Source: Phaeosaccion multiseriatum (Eukaryota; Protista; Ochrophyta, other classes). Taken from it: a stretch of DNA of 64,000 nucleotides. Positions 12,001 to 27,000 of the stretch are shown one piece after another. The translations under genes were made by a program, and so were the position numbers. The notes under the pieces were generated by a model, which was given only the letters and a program-made list of their open reading frames with translations, ran no database searches and was not told the DNA's origin. Position 1 is the first letter of the stretch; every line of letters starts with the position of its first letter. Location: the NCBI GenBank assembly GCA_965112735.1, contig OZ218950.1, forward strand, positions 5,270,001-5,334,000. The letters run 5' to 3'.

Positions 12001-15000
12001 GCGGCATGGTGAGCCTGACGGCGGGCAGCGGCACCAGCGGCGCTGGCGGTCTGGTGCAGATGTATGCTGGCGTGAGCACGGTACTGACGGGCGGTGTGGT
12101 GAGCATCGGGGGCGGCGAGGGCCGCGCATCCACGAGCGGGTCTGTGACTGTGCGCTCTCTGAACGCTGGCACGGCTGGCACGAGTGGTCGTCTGGTGTTC
12201 AGCTCTGGCACGGCCAACTCCGGCAACAGCGGCGCCGTGCTCATCGGCAGCGGCGCCAGCACGGGAGGACGTGGCGGCATGGTGAGCCTGACGGCGGGCA
12301 GCGGCACCAGCGGCGCTGGCGGTCTAGTGCAGATGTATGCTGGCGTGAGCACGGTACTGACGGGCGGTGTGGTGAGCATCGGGGGCGGAGAGGGCCGCGC
12401 GTCCACGAGCGGGTCTGTGACTGTGCGCTCTCTGAACGCTGGCACGGCTGGTACGAGTGGTCGTCTGGTGTTCAGCTCCGGCACGGCCAACTCCGGCAAC
12501 AGCGGCGCCGTGCTCATCGGCAGCGGCGCCAGCACGGGAGGACGTGGCGGCATGCTGAGCCTGACGGCGGGCAGCGGCACCAGCGGCGCTGGCGGTCTGG
12601 TGCAGATGTATGCTGGTGTGAGCACGGTACTGACGGGCGGTGTGGTGAGTATCGGGGGCGGCGAAGGCCGCGCGTCCACGAGCGGGTCTGTGACTGTGCG
12701 CTCTCTGAACGCTGGCACGAAGGGTACGAGTGGTCGTCTGGTGTTCAGCTCTGGCACGGCCAACTCCGGCAACAGCGGCGCCGTGCTCATCGGCAGCGGC
12801 GCCAGCACGGGAGGACGTGGCGGCATGGTGAGCCTGACGGCGGGCAGCGGCACCAGCGGCGCTGGCGGTCTGGTGCAGATGTATGCTGGTGTGAGCACGG
12901 TACTGACGGGCGGTGTGGTGAGCATCGGGGGCGGCGAGGGCCGCGCGTCCACGAGCGGGTCTGTGACTGTGCGCTCTCTGAACGCTGGCACGGCCGGCTC
13001 GAGTGGTCGTCTGGTGTTCAGCTCCGGCACGGCCAACTCCGGCAACAGCGGCGCCGTGCTCATCGGCAGCGGCGCCAGCACGGGAGGACGTGGCGGCATG
13101 GTGAGCCTGACGGCGGGCAGCGGCACCAGCGGCGTTGGCGGTCTGGTGCAGATGTATGCTGGCGTGAGCACGGCCCTGACGGGCGGTGTGGTGAGCATCG
13201 GGGGCGGCGAGGGCCGCGCGTCCACGAGCGGATCTGTGACTGTGCGCTCTCTGAACGCTGGCACGGCTGGCACGAGTGGTCGTCTGGTGTTCAGCTCCGG
13301 CACGGCCAACTCCGGCAACAGCGGCGCCGTGCTCATCGGCAGCGGCGCCAGCACGGGAGGACGCGGCGGCATGGTGAGCCTGACGGCGGGCAGCGGCACC
13401 AGTGGCGCTGGCGGTCTGGTGCAGATGTATGCTGGTGTGAGCACGGTACTGACGGGCGGTGTGGTGAGCATCGGGGGCGGCGAGGGCCGCGCGTCCACGA
13501 GCGGGTCTGTGACTGTGCGCTCTCTGAACGCTGGCACGAAGGGTACGAGTGGTCGTCTGGTGTTCAGCTCCGGCACGGCCAACTCCGGCAACAGCGGCGC
13601 CGTGCTCATCGGCAGCGGCGCCAGCACGGGAGGACGTGGCGGTATGGTGAGCCTGACGGCGGGCAGCGGTACCAGCGGCGCTGGCGGTCTGGTGCAGATG
13701 TATGCTGGCGTGAGCACGGTACTGACGGGCGGTGTGGTGAGCATCGGGGGCGGCGAGGGCCGCGCGTCCACGAGCGGGTCTGTGACTGTGCGCTCTCTGA
13801 ACGCTGGCACGGCCGGTACGAGTGGTCGTCTGGTGTTCAGCTCCGGCACGGCCAACTCCGGCAACAGCGGCGCCGTGCTCATCGGCAGCGGCGCCAGCAC
13901 GGGAGGACGTGGCGGCATGGTGAGCCTGACGGCGGGCAGCGGCACCAGCGGCGCTGGCGGTCTGGTGCAGATGTATGCTGGCGTGAGCACGGTATTGACG
14001 GGCGGTGTGGTGAGCATCGGGGGCGGCGAGGGCCGCGCGTCCACGAGCGGGTCTGTGACTGTGCGCTCTCTGAACGCTGGCACGGCTGGCACGAGTGGTC
14101 GTCTGGTGTTCAGCTCCGGCACGGCCAACTCCGGCAACAGCGGCGCCGTGCTCATCGGCAGCGGCGCCAGCACGGGAGGGCGTGGCGGCATGGTGAGCCT
14201 GACGGCGGGCAGCGGCACCAGCGGCGCTGGTGGTCTGGTGCAGATGTATGCTGGTGTGAGCACGGTACTGACGGGCGGTGTGGTGAGCATCGGGGGTGGT
14301 GAGGGCCGCGCGTCCACGAGTGGGTCTGTGACTGTGCGCTCTCTGAACGCTGGCACGGCTGGCACGAGTGGTCGTCTGGTGTTCAGCTCCGGCACGGCCA
14401 ACTCCGGCAACAGCGGCGCCGTGCTCATCGGCAGCGGCGCCAGCACGGGAGGGCGTGGCGGCATGGTGAGCCTGACGGCGGGCAGCGGCACCAGCGGCGC
14501 TGGCGGTCTGGTGCAGATGTATGCTGGCGTGAGCACGGTACTGACGGGCGGTGTGGTGAGCATCGGGGGCGGTGAAGGCCGCGCGTCCACGAGCGGGTCT
14601 GTGACTGTGCGCTCTCTGAACGCTGGCACGGCTGGCACGAGTGGTCGTCTGGTGTTCAGCTCCGGCACGGCCAACTCCGGCAACAGCGGCGCCGTGCTCA
14701 TCGGCAGCGGCGCCAGCACGGGAGGACGTGGCGGCATGGTGAGCCTGACGGCGGGCAGCGGCACCAGCGGCGCTGGCGGTCTGGTGCAGATGTATGCTGG
14801 TGTGAGCACGGCACTGACGGGCGGTGTGGTGAGCATCGGGGGCGGCGAGGGCCGCGCGTCCACGAGCGGATCTGTGACTGTGCGCTCTCTGAACGCTGGC
14901 ACGGCTGGCACGAGTGGTCGTCTGGTGTTCAGCTCCGGCACGGCCAACTCCGGCAACAGCGGCGCCGTGCTCATCGGCAGCGGCGCCAGCACGGGAGGAC

Positions 15001-18000
15001 GCGGCGGCATGGTGAGCCTGACGGCGGGCAGCGGCACGAGTGGCGCTGGCGGTCTGGTGCAGATGTATGCTGGCGTGAGTACGGCCCTGACGGGCGGTGT
15101 TGTGAGCATCGGGGGCGGCGAGGGCCGCGCGTCCACGAGCGGGTCTGTGACTGTGCGCTCTCTGAACGCTGGCACGGCTGGCACGAGTGGTCGTCTGGTG
15201 TTCAGCTCCGGCACGGCCAACTCCGGCAACAGCGGCGCCGTGCTCATCGGCAGCGGCGCCAGCACGGGAGGGCGTGGCGGCATGGTGAGCCTGACGGCGG
15301 GCAGCGGCACCAGCGGCGCTGGCGGTCTGGTGCAGATGTATGCTGGTGTGAGCACGGTACTGACGGGCGGTGTGGTGAGCATCGGAGGCGGCGAGGGCCG
15401 CGCGTCCACGAGCGGGTCTGTGACTGTGCGCTCTCTGAACGCTGGCACGGCTGGAGCGAGTGGTCGTCTGGTGTTCAGCTCCGGCACGGCCAACTCCGGC
15501 AACAGCGGCGCCGTGCTCATCGGCAGCGGCGCCAGCACGGGAGGACGTGGCGGCATGGTGAGCCTGACGGCGGGCAGCGGCACTAGCGGCGCTGGCGGTC
15601 TGGTGCAGATGTATGCTGGTGTGAGCACGGTATTGACGGGCGGTGTGGTGAGCATCGGGGGCGGCGAGGGCCGCGCGTCCACGAGCGGGTCTGTGACTGT
15701 GCGCTCTCTGAACGCTGGTACGGCTGGTACGAGTGGTCGTCTGGTGTTCAGCTCCGGCACGGCCAACTCCGGCAACAGCGGCGCCGTGCTCATCGGCAGC
15801 GGCGCCAGCACGGGAGGACGTGGCGGCATGGTGAGCCTGACGGCGGGCAGCGGCACCAGCGGCGTTGGCGGTCTGGTGCAGATGTATGCTGGTGTGAGCA
15901 CGGTACTGACGGGCGGTGTGGTGAGCATCGGGGGCGGCGAGGGCCGCGCGTCCACGAGCGGGTCTGTGACTGTGCGCTCTCTGAACGCTGGTACGGCTGG
16001 TACGAGTGGTCGTCTGGTGTTCAGCTCCGGCACGGCCAACTCCGGCAACAGCGGCGCCGTGCTCATCGGCAGCGGCGCCAGCACGGGAGGACGTGGCGGC
16101 ATGGTGAGCCTGACGGCGGGCAGCGGCACCAGCGGCGCAGGCGGTCTGGTGCAGATGTATGCTGGTGTGAGCACGGCCCTGACAGGCGGTGTGGTGAGCA
16201 TCGGGGGCGGCGAGGGCCGCGCGTCCACGAGCGGGTCTGTGACTGTGCGCTCTCTGAACGCTGGCACGAAGGGTACGAGTGGTCGTCTGGTGTTCAGCTC
16301 TGGCACGGCCAACTCCGGCAACAGCGGCGCCGTGCTCATCGGCAGCGGCGCCAGCACGGGAGGACGTGGCGGCATGCTAAGCCTGACGGCGGGCAGCGGC
16401 ACCAGCGGCGCTGGCGGACTGGTTCAGATGTATGCTGGCGTGAGTACGGCCCTGACGGGCGGTGTGGTGAGCATCGGGGGCGGCGAGGGCCGCGCGTCCA
16501 CGAGCGGGTCTGTGACTGTGCGCTCTCTGAACGCTGGCACGGCTGGCACGAGTGGTCGTCTGGTGTTCAGCTCCGGCACGGCCAACTCCGGCAACAGCGG
16601 CGCCGTGCTCATCGGCAGCGGCGCCAGCACGGGAGGACGTGGCGGCATGGTGAGCCTGACGGCGGGCAGCGGCACCAGCGGCACTGGTGGTCTGGTGCAA
16701 ATGTATGCTGGCGTGAGCACGGCCCTGACGGGCGGTGTGGTGAGCATCGGGGGCGGCGAGGGCCGCGCGTCCACGAGCGGGTCTGTGACTGTGCGCTCTC
16801 TGAACGCTGGCACGGCTGGTACGAGTGGTCGTCTGGTGTTCAGCTCCGGCACGGCCAACTCCGGCAACAGCGGCGCCGTGCTCATCGGCAGCGGCGCCAG
16901 CACGGGAGGGCGTGGCGGTATGGTGAGCCTGACGGCGGGCAGCGGCACCAGCGGCGCTGGCGGTCTGGTGCAGATGTATGCTGGTGTGAGTACGGTACTG
17001 ACGGGCGGTGTGGTGAGCATTGGAGGTGGCGAGGGCCGCGCGTCCACAAGTGGGTCTGTGACTGTGCGCTCTCTGAACGCTGGCACGAAGGGTACGAGTG
17101 GTCGTCTGGTGTTCAGCTCCGGCACGGCCAACTCCGGCAACAGCGGCGCCGTGCTCATCGGCACCGGCGCCAGCACGGGAGGACGTGGCGGCATGGTGAG
17201 CCTGACGGCGGGCAGCGGCACCAGCGGCGCTGGCGGTCTGGTGCAGATGTATGCTGGTGTGAGCACGGCATTGACGGGCGGTGTGGTGAGCATCGGGGGC
17301 GGCGAGGGCCGCGCGTCCACGAGCGGGTCTGTGACTGTGCGCTCTCTGAACGCTGGCACGGCCGGCACGAGTGGTCGTCTGGTGTTCAGCTCCGGCACGG
17401 CCAACTCCGGCAACAGCGGCGCCGTGCTCATCGGAAGTGGCGCCAGCACGGGAGGGCGTGGCGGCATGCTGAGCCTGACGGCGGGCAGTGGCACCAGCGG
17501 CGCTGGCGGTCTGGTGCAGATGTATGCTGGTGTGAGCACGGTACTGACGGGCGGTGTGGTGAGCATCGGGGGCGGCGAGGGCCGCGCGTCCACGAGCGGG
17601 TCTGTGACTGTGCGCTCTCTGAACGCTGGCACGGCTGGTACGAGTGGTCGTCTGGTGTTCAGCTCCGGCACGGCCAACTCCGGCAACAGCGGCGCCGTGC
17701 TCATCGGCAGCGGCGCCAGCACGGGAGGACGTGGCGGCATGGTGAGCCTGACGGCGGGCAGCGGCACCAGCGGCGCTGGCGGTCTGGTGCAGATGTATGC
17801 TGGTGTGAGCACCGTACTGACGGGCGGTGTGGTGAGCATCGGAGGTGGCGAGGGCCGCGCGTCCACGAGCGGGTCTGTGACTGTGCGCTCTCTGAACGCT
17901 GGCACGGCCGGCTCGAGTGGTCGTCTGGTGTTCAGCTCCGGCACGGCCAACTCCGGCAACAGCGGCGCCGTGCTCATCGGCAGCGGCGCCAGCACGGGAG

Positions 18001-21000
18001 GACGTGGCGGCATGGTGAGCCTGACGGCGGGCAGTGGCACCAGCGGCGCTGGCGGTCTGGTGCAGATGTATGCTGGTGTGAGCACGGTACTGACGGGCGG
18101 TGTGGTGAGCATCGGGGGCGGCGAGGGCCGCGCGTCCACGAGCGGGTCTGTGACTGTGCGCTCTCTGAACGCTGGCACGAAGGGTACGAGTGGTCGTCTG
18201 GTGTTCAGCTCCGGCACGGCCAACTCCGGCAACAGCGGCGCCGTGCTCATCGGCAGCGGCGCCAGCACGGGAGGGCGCGGTGGCATGGTGAGCCTGACGG
18301 CGGGCAGCGGCACCAGCGGCGCTGGCGGTCTGGTGCAGATGTATGCTGGTGTGAGTACGGCTCTGACAGGCGGTGTGGTGAGCATCGGGGGCGGCGAGGG
18401 CCGCGCGTCCACGAGCGGGTCTGTGACTGTGCGCTCTCTGAACGCCGGCACGGCTGGCACGAGTGGTCGTCTGGTGTTCAGCTCCGGCACGGCCAACTCC
18501 GGCAACAGCGGCGCCGTGCTCATCGGCAGCGGCGCCAGCACGGGAGGGCGTGGCGGCATGGTGAGCCTGACGGCGGGCAGCGGCACCAGCGGCGCTGGTG
18601 GACTGGTTCAGATGTATGCTGGTGTGAGTACGGCCCTGACGGGCGGTGTGGTGAGCATCGGGGGCGGCGAGGGCCGCGCGTCCACGAGCGGGTCTGTGAC
18701 TGTGCGCTCTCTGAACGCTGGCACGGCCGGCACGAGTGGTCGTCTGGTGTTCAGCTCCGGCACGGCCAACTCCGGCAACAGCGGCGCCGTGCTCATCGGC
18801 AGCGGCGCCAGCACGGGAGGACGTGGCGGCATGGTGAGCCTGACGGCGGGCAGCGGCACCAGCGGCGCTGGCGGTCTGGTGCAGATGTATGCTGGTGTGA
18901 GTACGGCCCAGACGGGCGGTGTGGTGAGCATCGGGGGTGGTGAGGGCCGCGCGTCCACGAGCGGGTCTGTGACTGTGCGCTCTCTGAACGCTGGCACGGC
19001 TGGTACGAGTGGTCGTCTGGTGTTCAGCTCCGGCACGGCCAACTCCGGCAACAGCGGCGCCGTGCTCATCGGAAGTGGCGCCAGCACGGGGGGACGTGGC
19101 GGCATGCTGAGCCTGACGGCGGGCAGCGGCACCAGCGGCGCTGGCGGTCTGGTGCAGATGTATGCTGGCGTGAGCACGGTACTGACGGGCGGTGTGGTGA
19201 GCATCGGGGGCGGCGAGGGCCGCGCGTCCACGAGCGGGTCTGTGACTGTGCGCTCTCTGAACGCTGGCACGAAGGGTACGAGTGGTCGTCTGGTGTTCAG
19301 CTCCGGCACGGCCAACTCCGGCAACAGCGGCGCCGTGCTCATCGGCAGCGGCGCCAGCACGGGAGGACGTGGCGGCATGGTGAGCCTGACGGCGGGCAGC
19401 GGCACCAGCGGCGCTGGCGGTCTGGTGCAGATGTATGCTGGTGTGAGCACGGTACTGACGGGCGGTGTGGTGAGCATTGGGGGCGGCGAGGGCCGCGCGT
19501 CCACGAGCGGGTCTGTGACTGTGCGCTCTCTGAACGCTGGCACGGCTGGCGCGAGTGGTCGTCTGGTGTTCAGCTCCGGCACGGCCAACTCCGGCAACAG
19601 CGGCGCCGTGCTCATCGGCAGCGGCGCCAGCACGGGAGGACGTGGCGGTATGGTGAGCCTGACGGCGGGCAGCGGTACCAGCGGCGCTGGCGGTCTGGTG
19701 CAGATGTATGCTGGTGTGAGCACGGTACTGACGGGCGGTGTGGTGAGCATCGGGGGCGGCGAGGGCCGCGCGTCCACGAGCGGGTCTGTGACTGTGCGCT
19801 CTCTGAACGCTGGCGCGGCTGGCACGAGTGGTCGTCTGGTGTTCAGCTCCGGCACGGCCAACTCCGGCAACAGCGGCGCCGTGCTCATCGGCAGCGGCGC
19901 CAGCACGGGAGGGCGCGGTGGCATGGTGAGCCTGACGGCGGGCAGCGGCACCAGCGGCGCTGGCGGTCTGGTGCAGATGTATGCTGGTGTGAGTACGGCT
20001 CTGACAGGCGGTGTGGTGAGCATCGGGGGAGGCGAGGGCCGCGCGTCCACGAGCGGGTCTGTGACTGTGCGCTCTCTGAACGCTGGCACGGCTGGCACGA
20101 GTGGTCGTCTGGTGTTCAGCTCCGGCACGGCCAACTCCGGCAACAGCGGCGCCGTGCTCATCGGCAGCGGCGCCAGCACGGGAGGGCGTGGCGGCATGGT
20201 GAGCCTGACGGCGGGCAGCGGCACCAGCGGCGCTGGTGGACTGGTGCAGATGTATGCTGGCGTGAGTACGGCCCTGACGGGCGGTGTGGTGAGCATCGGA
20301 GGTGGCGAGGGCCGCGCGTCCACAAGTGGGTCTGTGACTGTGCGCTCTCTGAACGCTGGCACGGCCGGCACGAGTGGTCGTCTGGTGTTCAGCTCCGGCA
20401 CGGCCAACTCCGGCAACAGCGGCGCCGTGCTCATCGGCAGCGGCGCCAGCACGGGAGGACGTGGCGGCATGGTGAGCCTGACGGCGGGCAGCGGTACCAG
20501 CGGCGCTGGCGGTCTGGTGCAGATGTATGCTGGTGTGAGCACGGTACTGACGGGCGGAGTGGTGAGCATCGGGGGTGGTGAGGGCCGCGCGTCCACGAGT
20601 GGGTCTGTGACTGTGCGCTCTCTGAACGCTGGCACGGCTGGCACGAGTGGTCGTCTGGTGTTCAGCTCCGGCACGGCCAACTCCGGCAACAGCGGCGCCG
20701 TGCTCATCGGCAGTGGCGCCAGCACGGGAGGACGTGGCGGCATGCTGAGCCTGACGGCGGGCAGCGGTACCAGCGGCGCTGGCGGTCTGGTGCAGATGTA
20801 TGCTGGCGTGAGCACGGCACTGACGGGCGGTGTGGTGAGCATCGGAGGTGGCGAGGGCCGCGCATCCACAAGTGGGTCTGTGACTGTGCGCTCTCTGAAC
20901 GCTGGCACGGCTGGCTCGAGTGGTCGTCTGGTGTTCAGCTCCGGCACGGCCAACTCCGGCAACAGCGGCGCCGTGCTCATCGGCAGCGGCGCCAGCACGG

Positions 21001-24000
21001 GAGGACGTGGCGGCATGGTGAGCCTGACGGCGGGCAGCGGCACCAGCGGCGCTGGCGGTCTGGTGCAGGTGTATGCTGGTGTGAGCACGGCCCTGACGGG
21101 CGGTGTGGTGAGCATCGGGGGCGGCGAGGGTCGCACGTCCACGAGCGGGTCTGTGACTGTGCGCTCTCTGAACGCTGGCACGGCTGGCACGAGTGGTCGT
21201 CTGGTGTTCAGCTCCGGCACGGCCAACTCCGGCAACAGCGGCGCCGTGCTCATCGGAAGTGGCGCCAGCACGGGAGGGCGTGGCGGCATGCTGAGCCTGA
21301 CGGCGGGCAGCGGCACCAGCGGCGCTGGCGGTCTGGTGCAGATGTATGCTGGTGTGAGCACGGTACTGACGGGCGGTGTGGTGAGCATCGGGGGCGGCGA
21401 GGGCCGCGCGTCCACGAGCGGGTCTGTGACTGTGCGCTCTCTGAACGCTGGCACGAAGGGTACGAGTGGTCGTCTGGTGTTCAGCTCCGGCACGGCCAAC
21501 TCCGGCAACAGCGGCGCCGTGCTCATCGGCAGCGGCGCCAGCACGGGAGGACGTGGCGGCATGGTGAGCCTGACGGCGGGCAGCGGCACGAGCGGCGCTG
21601 GCGGTCTGGTGCAGATGTATGCTGGTGTGAGCACGGTACTGACGGGCGGTGTGGTGAGCATCGGGGGCGGCGAGGGCCGCGCGTCCACGAGCGGGTCTGT
21701 GACTGTGCGCTCTCTGAACGCTGGCACGGCTGGCACGAGTGGTCGTCTGGTGTTCAGCTCCGGCACGGCCAACTCCGGCAACAGCGGCGCCGTGCTCATC
21801 GGCAGCGGCGCCAGCACGGGAGGACGTGGCGGCATGGTGAGCCTGACGGCGGGCAGCGGCACCAGCGGCGCTGGCGGTCTGGTGCAGATGTATGCTGGTG
21901 TGAGCACGGTACTGACGGGCGGTGTGGTGAGCATCGGGGGCGGCGAGGGCCGCGCGTCCACGAGCGGGTCTGTGACTGTGCGCTCTCTGAACGCTGGCAC
22001 GAAGGGTACGAGTGGTCGTCTGGTGTTCAGCTCCGGCACGGCCAACTCCGGCAACAGCGGCGCCGTGCTCATCGGCAGCGGCGCCAGCACGGGAGGACGT
22101 GGCGGCATGCTGAGCCTGACGGCAGGCAGCGGCACCAGCGGCGTTGGCGGTCTGGTGCAGATGTATGCTGGCGTGAGCACGGTACTGACGGGCGGTGTGG
22201 TGAGCATCGGGGGCGGCGAGGGCCGCGCGTCCACGAGCGGGTCTGTGACTGTGCGCTCTCTGAACGCTGGCACGGCTGGCTCGAGTGGTCGTCTGGTGTT
22301 CAGCTCCGGCACGGCCAACTCCGGCAACAGCGGCGCCGTGCTCATCGGAAGTGGCGCCAGCACGGGAGGGCGTGGTGGCATGGTGAGCCTGACGGCGGGC
22401 AGCGGCACCAGCGGCGCTGGCGGTCTGGTGCAGATGTATGCTGGTGTGAGCACGGTACTGACGGGCGGTGTGGTGAGCATCGGGGGCGGCGAGGGCCGCG
22501 CGTCCACGAGCGGGTCTGTGACTGTGCGCTCTCTGAACGCTGGCACGGCTGGCACGAGTGGTCGTCTGGTGTTCAGCTCCGGCACGGCCAACTCCGGCAA
22601 CAGCGGCGCCGTGCTCATCGGCAGCGGCGCCAGCACGGGAGGACGCGGCGGAATGCTGAGCCTGACGGCGGGCAGCGGCACCAGTGGCACTGGCGGTCTG
22701 GTGCAGATGTATGCTGGTGTGAGCACGGTACTGACGGGCGGTGTGGTGAGCATCGGGGGTGGTGAGGGCCGCGCGTCCACGAGCGGGTCTGTGACTGTGC
22801 GCTCTCTGAACGCTGGCACGGCTGGCGGGAGTGGTCGTCTGGTGTTCAGCTCCGGCACGGCCAACTCCGGCAACAGCGGCGCCGTGCTCATCGGCAGCGG
22901 CGCCAGCACGGGAGGACGTGGCGGCATGGTGAGCCTGACGGCGGGCAGCGGCACCAGCGGCGCTGGTGGTCTGGTGCAGATGTATGCTGGTGTGAGCACG
23001 GCCCTGACGGGCGGTGTGGTGAGCATCGGGGGCGGCGAGGGCCGCGCGTCCACGAGCGGGTCTGTGACTGTGCGCTCTCTGAACGCTGGCACGGCTGGTA
23101 CGAGTGGTCGTCTGGTGTTCAGCTCCGGCACGGCCAACTCCGGCAACAGCGGCGCCGTGCTCATCGGCAGCGGCGCCAGCACGGGAGGGCGTGGCGGCAT
23201 GCTGAGCCTGACGGCGGGCAGCGGCACCAGCGGCGCTGGCGGACTGGTGCAGATGTATGCTGGCGTGAGCACGGCTCTGACAGGCGGTGTGGTGAGCATC
23301 GGGGGCGGCGAGGGCCGCGCGTCCACGAGCGGGTCTGTGACTGTGCGCTCTCTGAACGCTGGCACGGCTGGCACGAGTGGTCGTCTGGTGTTCAGCTCTG
23401 GCACGGCCAACTCCGGCAACAGCGGCGCCGTGCTCATCGGCAGCGGCGCCAGCACGGGAGGACGTGGCGGCATGGTGAGCCTGACGGCGGGCAGCGGCAC
23501 CAGCGGCGCTGGCGGTCTGGTGCAGATGTATGCTGGTGTGAGCACGGTACTGACGGGCGGTGTGGTGAGCATCGGGGGCGGTGAGGGCCGCGCGTCCACG
23601 AGCGGGTCTGTGACTGTGCGCTCTCTGAACGCTGGCACGGCCGGTTCGAGTGGTCGTCTGGTGTTCAGCTCCGGCACGGCCAACTCCGGCAACAGCGGCG
23701 CCGTGCTCATCGGCAGCGGCGCCAGCACGGGAGGACGTGGCGGCATGCTGAGCCTGACGGCGGGCAGCGGCACCAGCGGCGCTGGCGGTCTGGTGCAGAT
23801 GTATGCTGGCGTGAGCACGGCCCTGACGGGCGGTGTGGTGAGCATCGGGGGCGGCGAGGGCCGCGCGTCCACGAGCGGGTCTGTGACTGTGCGCTCTCTG
23901 AACGCTGGCACGGCTGGCACGAGTGGTCGTCTGGTGTTCAGCTCCGGCACGGCCAACTCCGGCAACAGCGGCGCCGTGCTCATCGGCAGCGGCGCCAGCA

Positions 24001-27000
24001 CGGGAGGACGTGGCGGCATGGTGAGCCTGACGGCGGGCAGCGGCACCAGCGGCGCTGGCGGTCTGGTGCAGATGTATGCTGGTGTGAGCACGGTACTGAC
24101 GGGCGGTGTGGTGAGCATCGGGGGCGGCGAGGGCCGCGCGTCCACGAGCGGGTCTGTGACTGTGCGCTCTCTGAACGCTGGCACGGCTGGCACGAGTGGT
24201 CGTCTGGTGTTCAGCTCCGGCACGGCCAACTCCGGCAACAGCGGCGCCGTGCTCATCGGCAGCGGCGCCAGCACGGGAGGACGTGGCGGCATGGTGAGCC
24301 TGACGGCGGGCAGCGGCACCAGCGGCGTTGGCGGTCTGGTGCAGATGTATGCTGGCGTGAGCACGGTACTGACGGGCGGTGTGGTGAGCATCGGGGGCGG
24401 CGAGGGCCGCGCGTCCACGAGCGGGTCTGTGACTGTGCGCTCTCTGAACGCTGGCACGGCCGGCACGAGTGGTCGTCTGGTGTTCAGCTCCGGCACGGCC
24501 AACTCCGGCAACAGCGGCGCCGTGCTCATCGGAAGTGGCGCCAGCACGGGAGGGCGTGGCGGCATGCTGAGCCTGACGGCGGGCAGCGGCACCAGTGGCA
24601 CTGGCGGTCTGGTGCAGATGTATGCTGGTGTGAGCACGGTACTGACGGGCGGTGTGATGAGCATCGGGGGCGGCGAGGGCCGCGCGTCCACGAGCGGGTC
24701 TGTGACTGTGCGCTCTCTGAACGCTGGCACGAAGGGCACGAGTGGTCGTCTGGTGTTCAGCTCCGGCACGGCCAACTCCGGCAACAGCGGCGCCGTGCTC
24801 ATCGGCAGCGGCGCCAGCACGGGAGGACGTGGCGGCATGGTGAGCCTGACGGCGGGCAGCGGCACCAGCGGCGCTGGCGGTCTGGTGCAGATGTATGCTG
24901 GTGTGAGCACGGCCCTGACGGGCGGTGTGGTGAGCATCGGGGGTGGTGAGGGCCGCGCGTCCACGAGCGGGTCTGTGACTGTGCGCTCTCTGAACGCTGG
25001 CACGGCCGGCACGAGTGGTCGTCTGGTGTTCAGCTCCGGCACGGCCAACTCCGGCAACAGCGGCGCCGTGCTCATCGGCAGCGGCGCCAGCACGGGAGGA
25101 CGTGGCGGCATGGTGAGCCTGACGGCGGGCAGCGGCACCAGCGGCGCTGGCGGTCTGGTGCAGATGTATGCTGGTGTGAGCACGGTACTGACGGGCGGTG
25201 TGGTGAGCATCGGGGGCGGCGAGGGCCGCGCGTCCACGAGCGGGTCTGTGACTGTGCGCTCTCTGAACGCTGGCACGGCCGGCACGAGTGGTCGTCTGGT
25301 GTTCAGCTCCGGCACGGCCAACTCCGGCAACAGCGGCGCCGTGCTCATCGGCAGCGGCGCCAGCACGGGAGGACGTGGCGGCATGCTGAGCCTGACGGCG
25401 GGCAGCGGCACCAGCGGCGCTGGCGGTCTGGTGCAGATGTATGCTGGCGTGAGCACGGCTCTGACGGGCGGTGTGGTGAGCATCGGGGGCGGCGAGGGCC
25501 GCGCGTCCACGAGCGGGTCTGTGACTGTGCGCTCTCTGAACGCTGGCACGGCTGGCACGAGTGGTCGTCTGGTGTTCAGCTCCGGCACGGCCAACTCCGG
25601 CAACAGCGGCGCCGTGCTCATCGGCAGCGGCGCCAGCACGGGAGGACGTGGCGGCATGCTGAGCCTGACGGCGGGCAGCGGCACCAGCGGCGCTGGCGGT
25701 CTGGTGCAGATGTATGCTGGTGTGAGCACGGTACTGACGGGCGGTGTGGTGAGCATCGGGGGCGGCGAGGGCCGCGCGTCCACGAGCGGGTCTGTGACTG
25801 TGCGCTCTCTGAACGCTGGCACGAAGGGTACGAGTGGTCGTCTGGTGTTCAGCTCCGGCACGGCCAACTCCGGCAACAGCGGCGCCGTGCTCATCGGCAG
25901 CGGCGCCAGCACGGGAGGACGTGGCGGCATGGTGAGCCTGACGGCGGGCAGCGGCACCAGCGGCGCTGGCGGTCTGGTGCAGATGTATGCTGGTGTGAGC
26001 ACGGTACTGACGGGCGGTGTGGTGAGCATCGGGGGCGGCGAGGGCCGCGCGTCCACGAGCGGGTCTGTGACTGTGCGCTCTCTGAACGCTGGCACGGCTG
26101 GCACGAGTGGTCGTCTGGTGTTCAGCTCCGGCACGGCCAACTCCGGCAACAGCGGCGCCGTGCTCATCGGCAGCGGCGCCAGCACGGGAGGACGTGGCGG
26201 CATGGTGAGCCTGACGGCGGGCAGCGGCACCAGCGGCGCTGGCGGTCTGGTGCAGATGTATGCTGGTGTGAGCACGGTACTGACGGGCGGTGTGGTGAGC
26301 ATCGGGGGGCGGCGAGGGCCGCGCGTCCACGAGCGGGTCTGTGACTGTGCGCTCTCTGAACGCTGGCACGGCTGGTACGAGTGGTCGTCTGGTGTTCAGC
26401 TCCGGCACGGCCAACTCCGGCAACAGCGGCGCCGTGCTCATCGGCAGCGGCGCCAGCACGGGAGGACGCGGCGGCATGGTGAGCCTGACGGCGGGCAGCG
26501 GCACCAGCGGCGCTGGCGGTCTGGTGCAGATGTATGCTGGTGTGAGCACGGTACTGACGGGCGGTGTGGTGAGCATCGGGGGCGGCGAGGGCCGCGCGTC
26601 CACGAGCGGGTCTGTGACTGTGCGCTCTCTGAACGCTGGCACGGCTGGCACGAGTGGTCGTCTGGTGTTCAGCTCCGGCACGGCCAACTCCGGCAACAGC
26701 GGCGCCGTGCTCATCGGCAGCGGCGCCAGCACGGGAGGACGTGGCGGCATGCTGAGCCTGACGGCGGGCAGCGGCACCAGCGGCGCTGGCGGTCTGGTGC
26801 AGATGTATGCTGGTGTGAGCACGGTACTGACGGGCGGTGTGGTGAGCATCGGGGGCGGCGAGGGCCGCGCGTCCACGAGCGGGTCTGTGACTGTGCGCTC
26901 TCTGAACGCTGGCACGGCCGGCTCGAGTGGTCGTCTGGTGTTCAGCTCCGGCACGGCCAACTCCGGCAACAGCGGCGCCGTGCTCATCGGCAGCGGCGCC

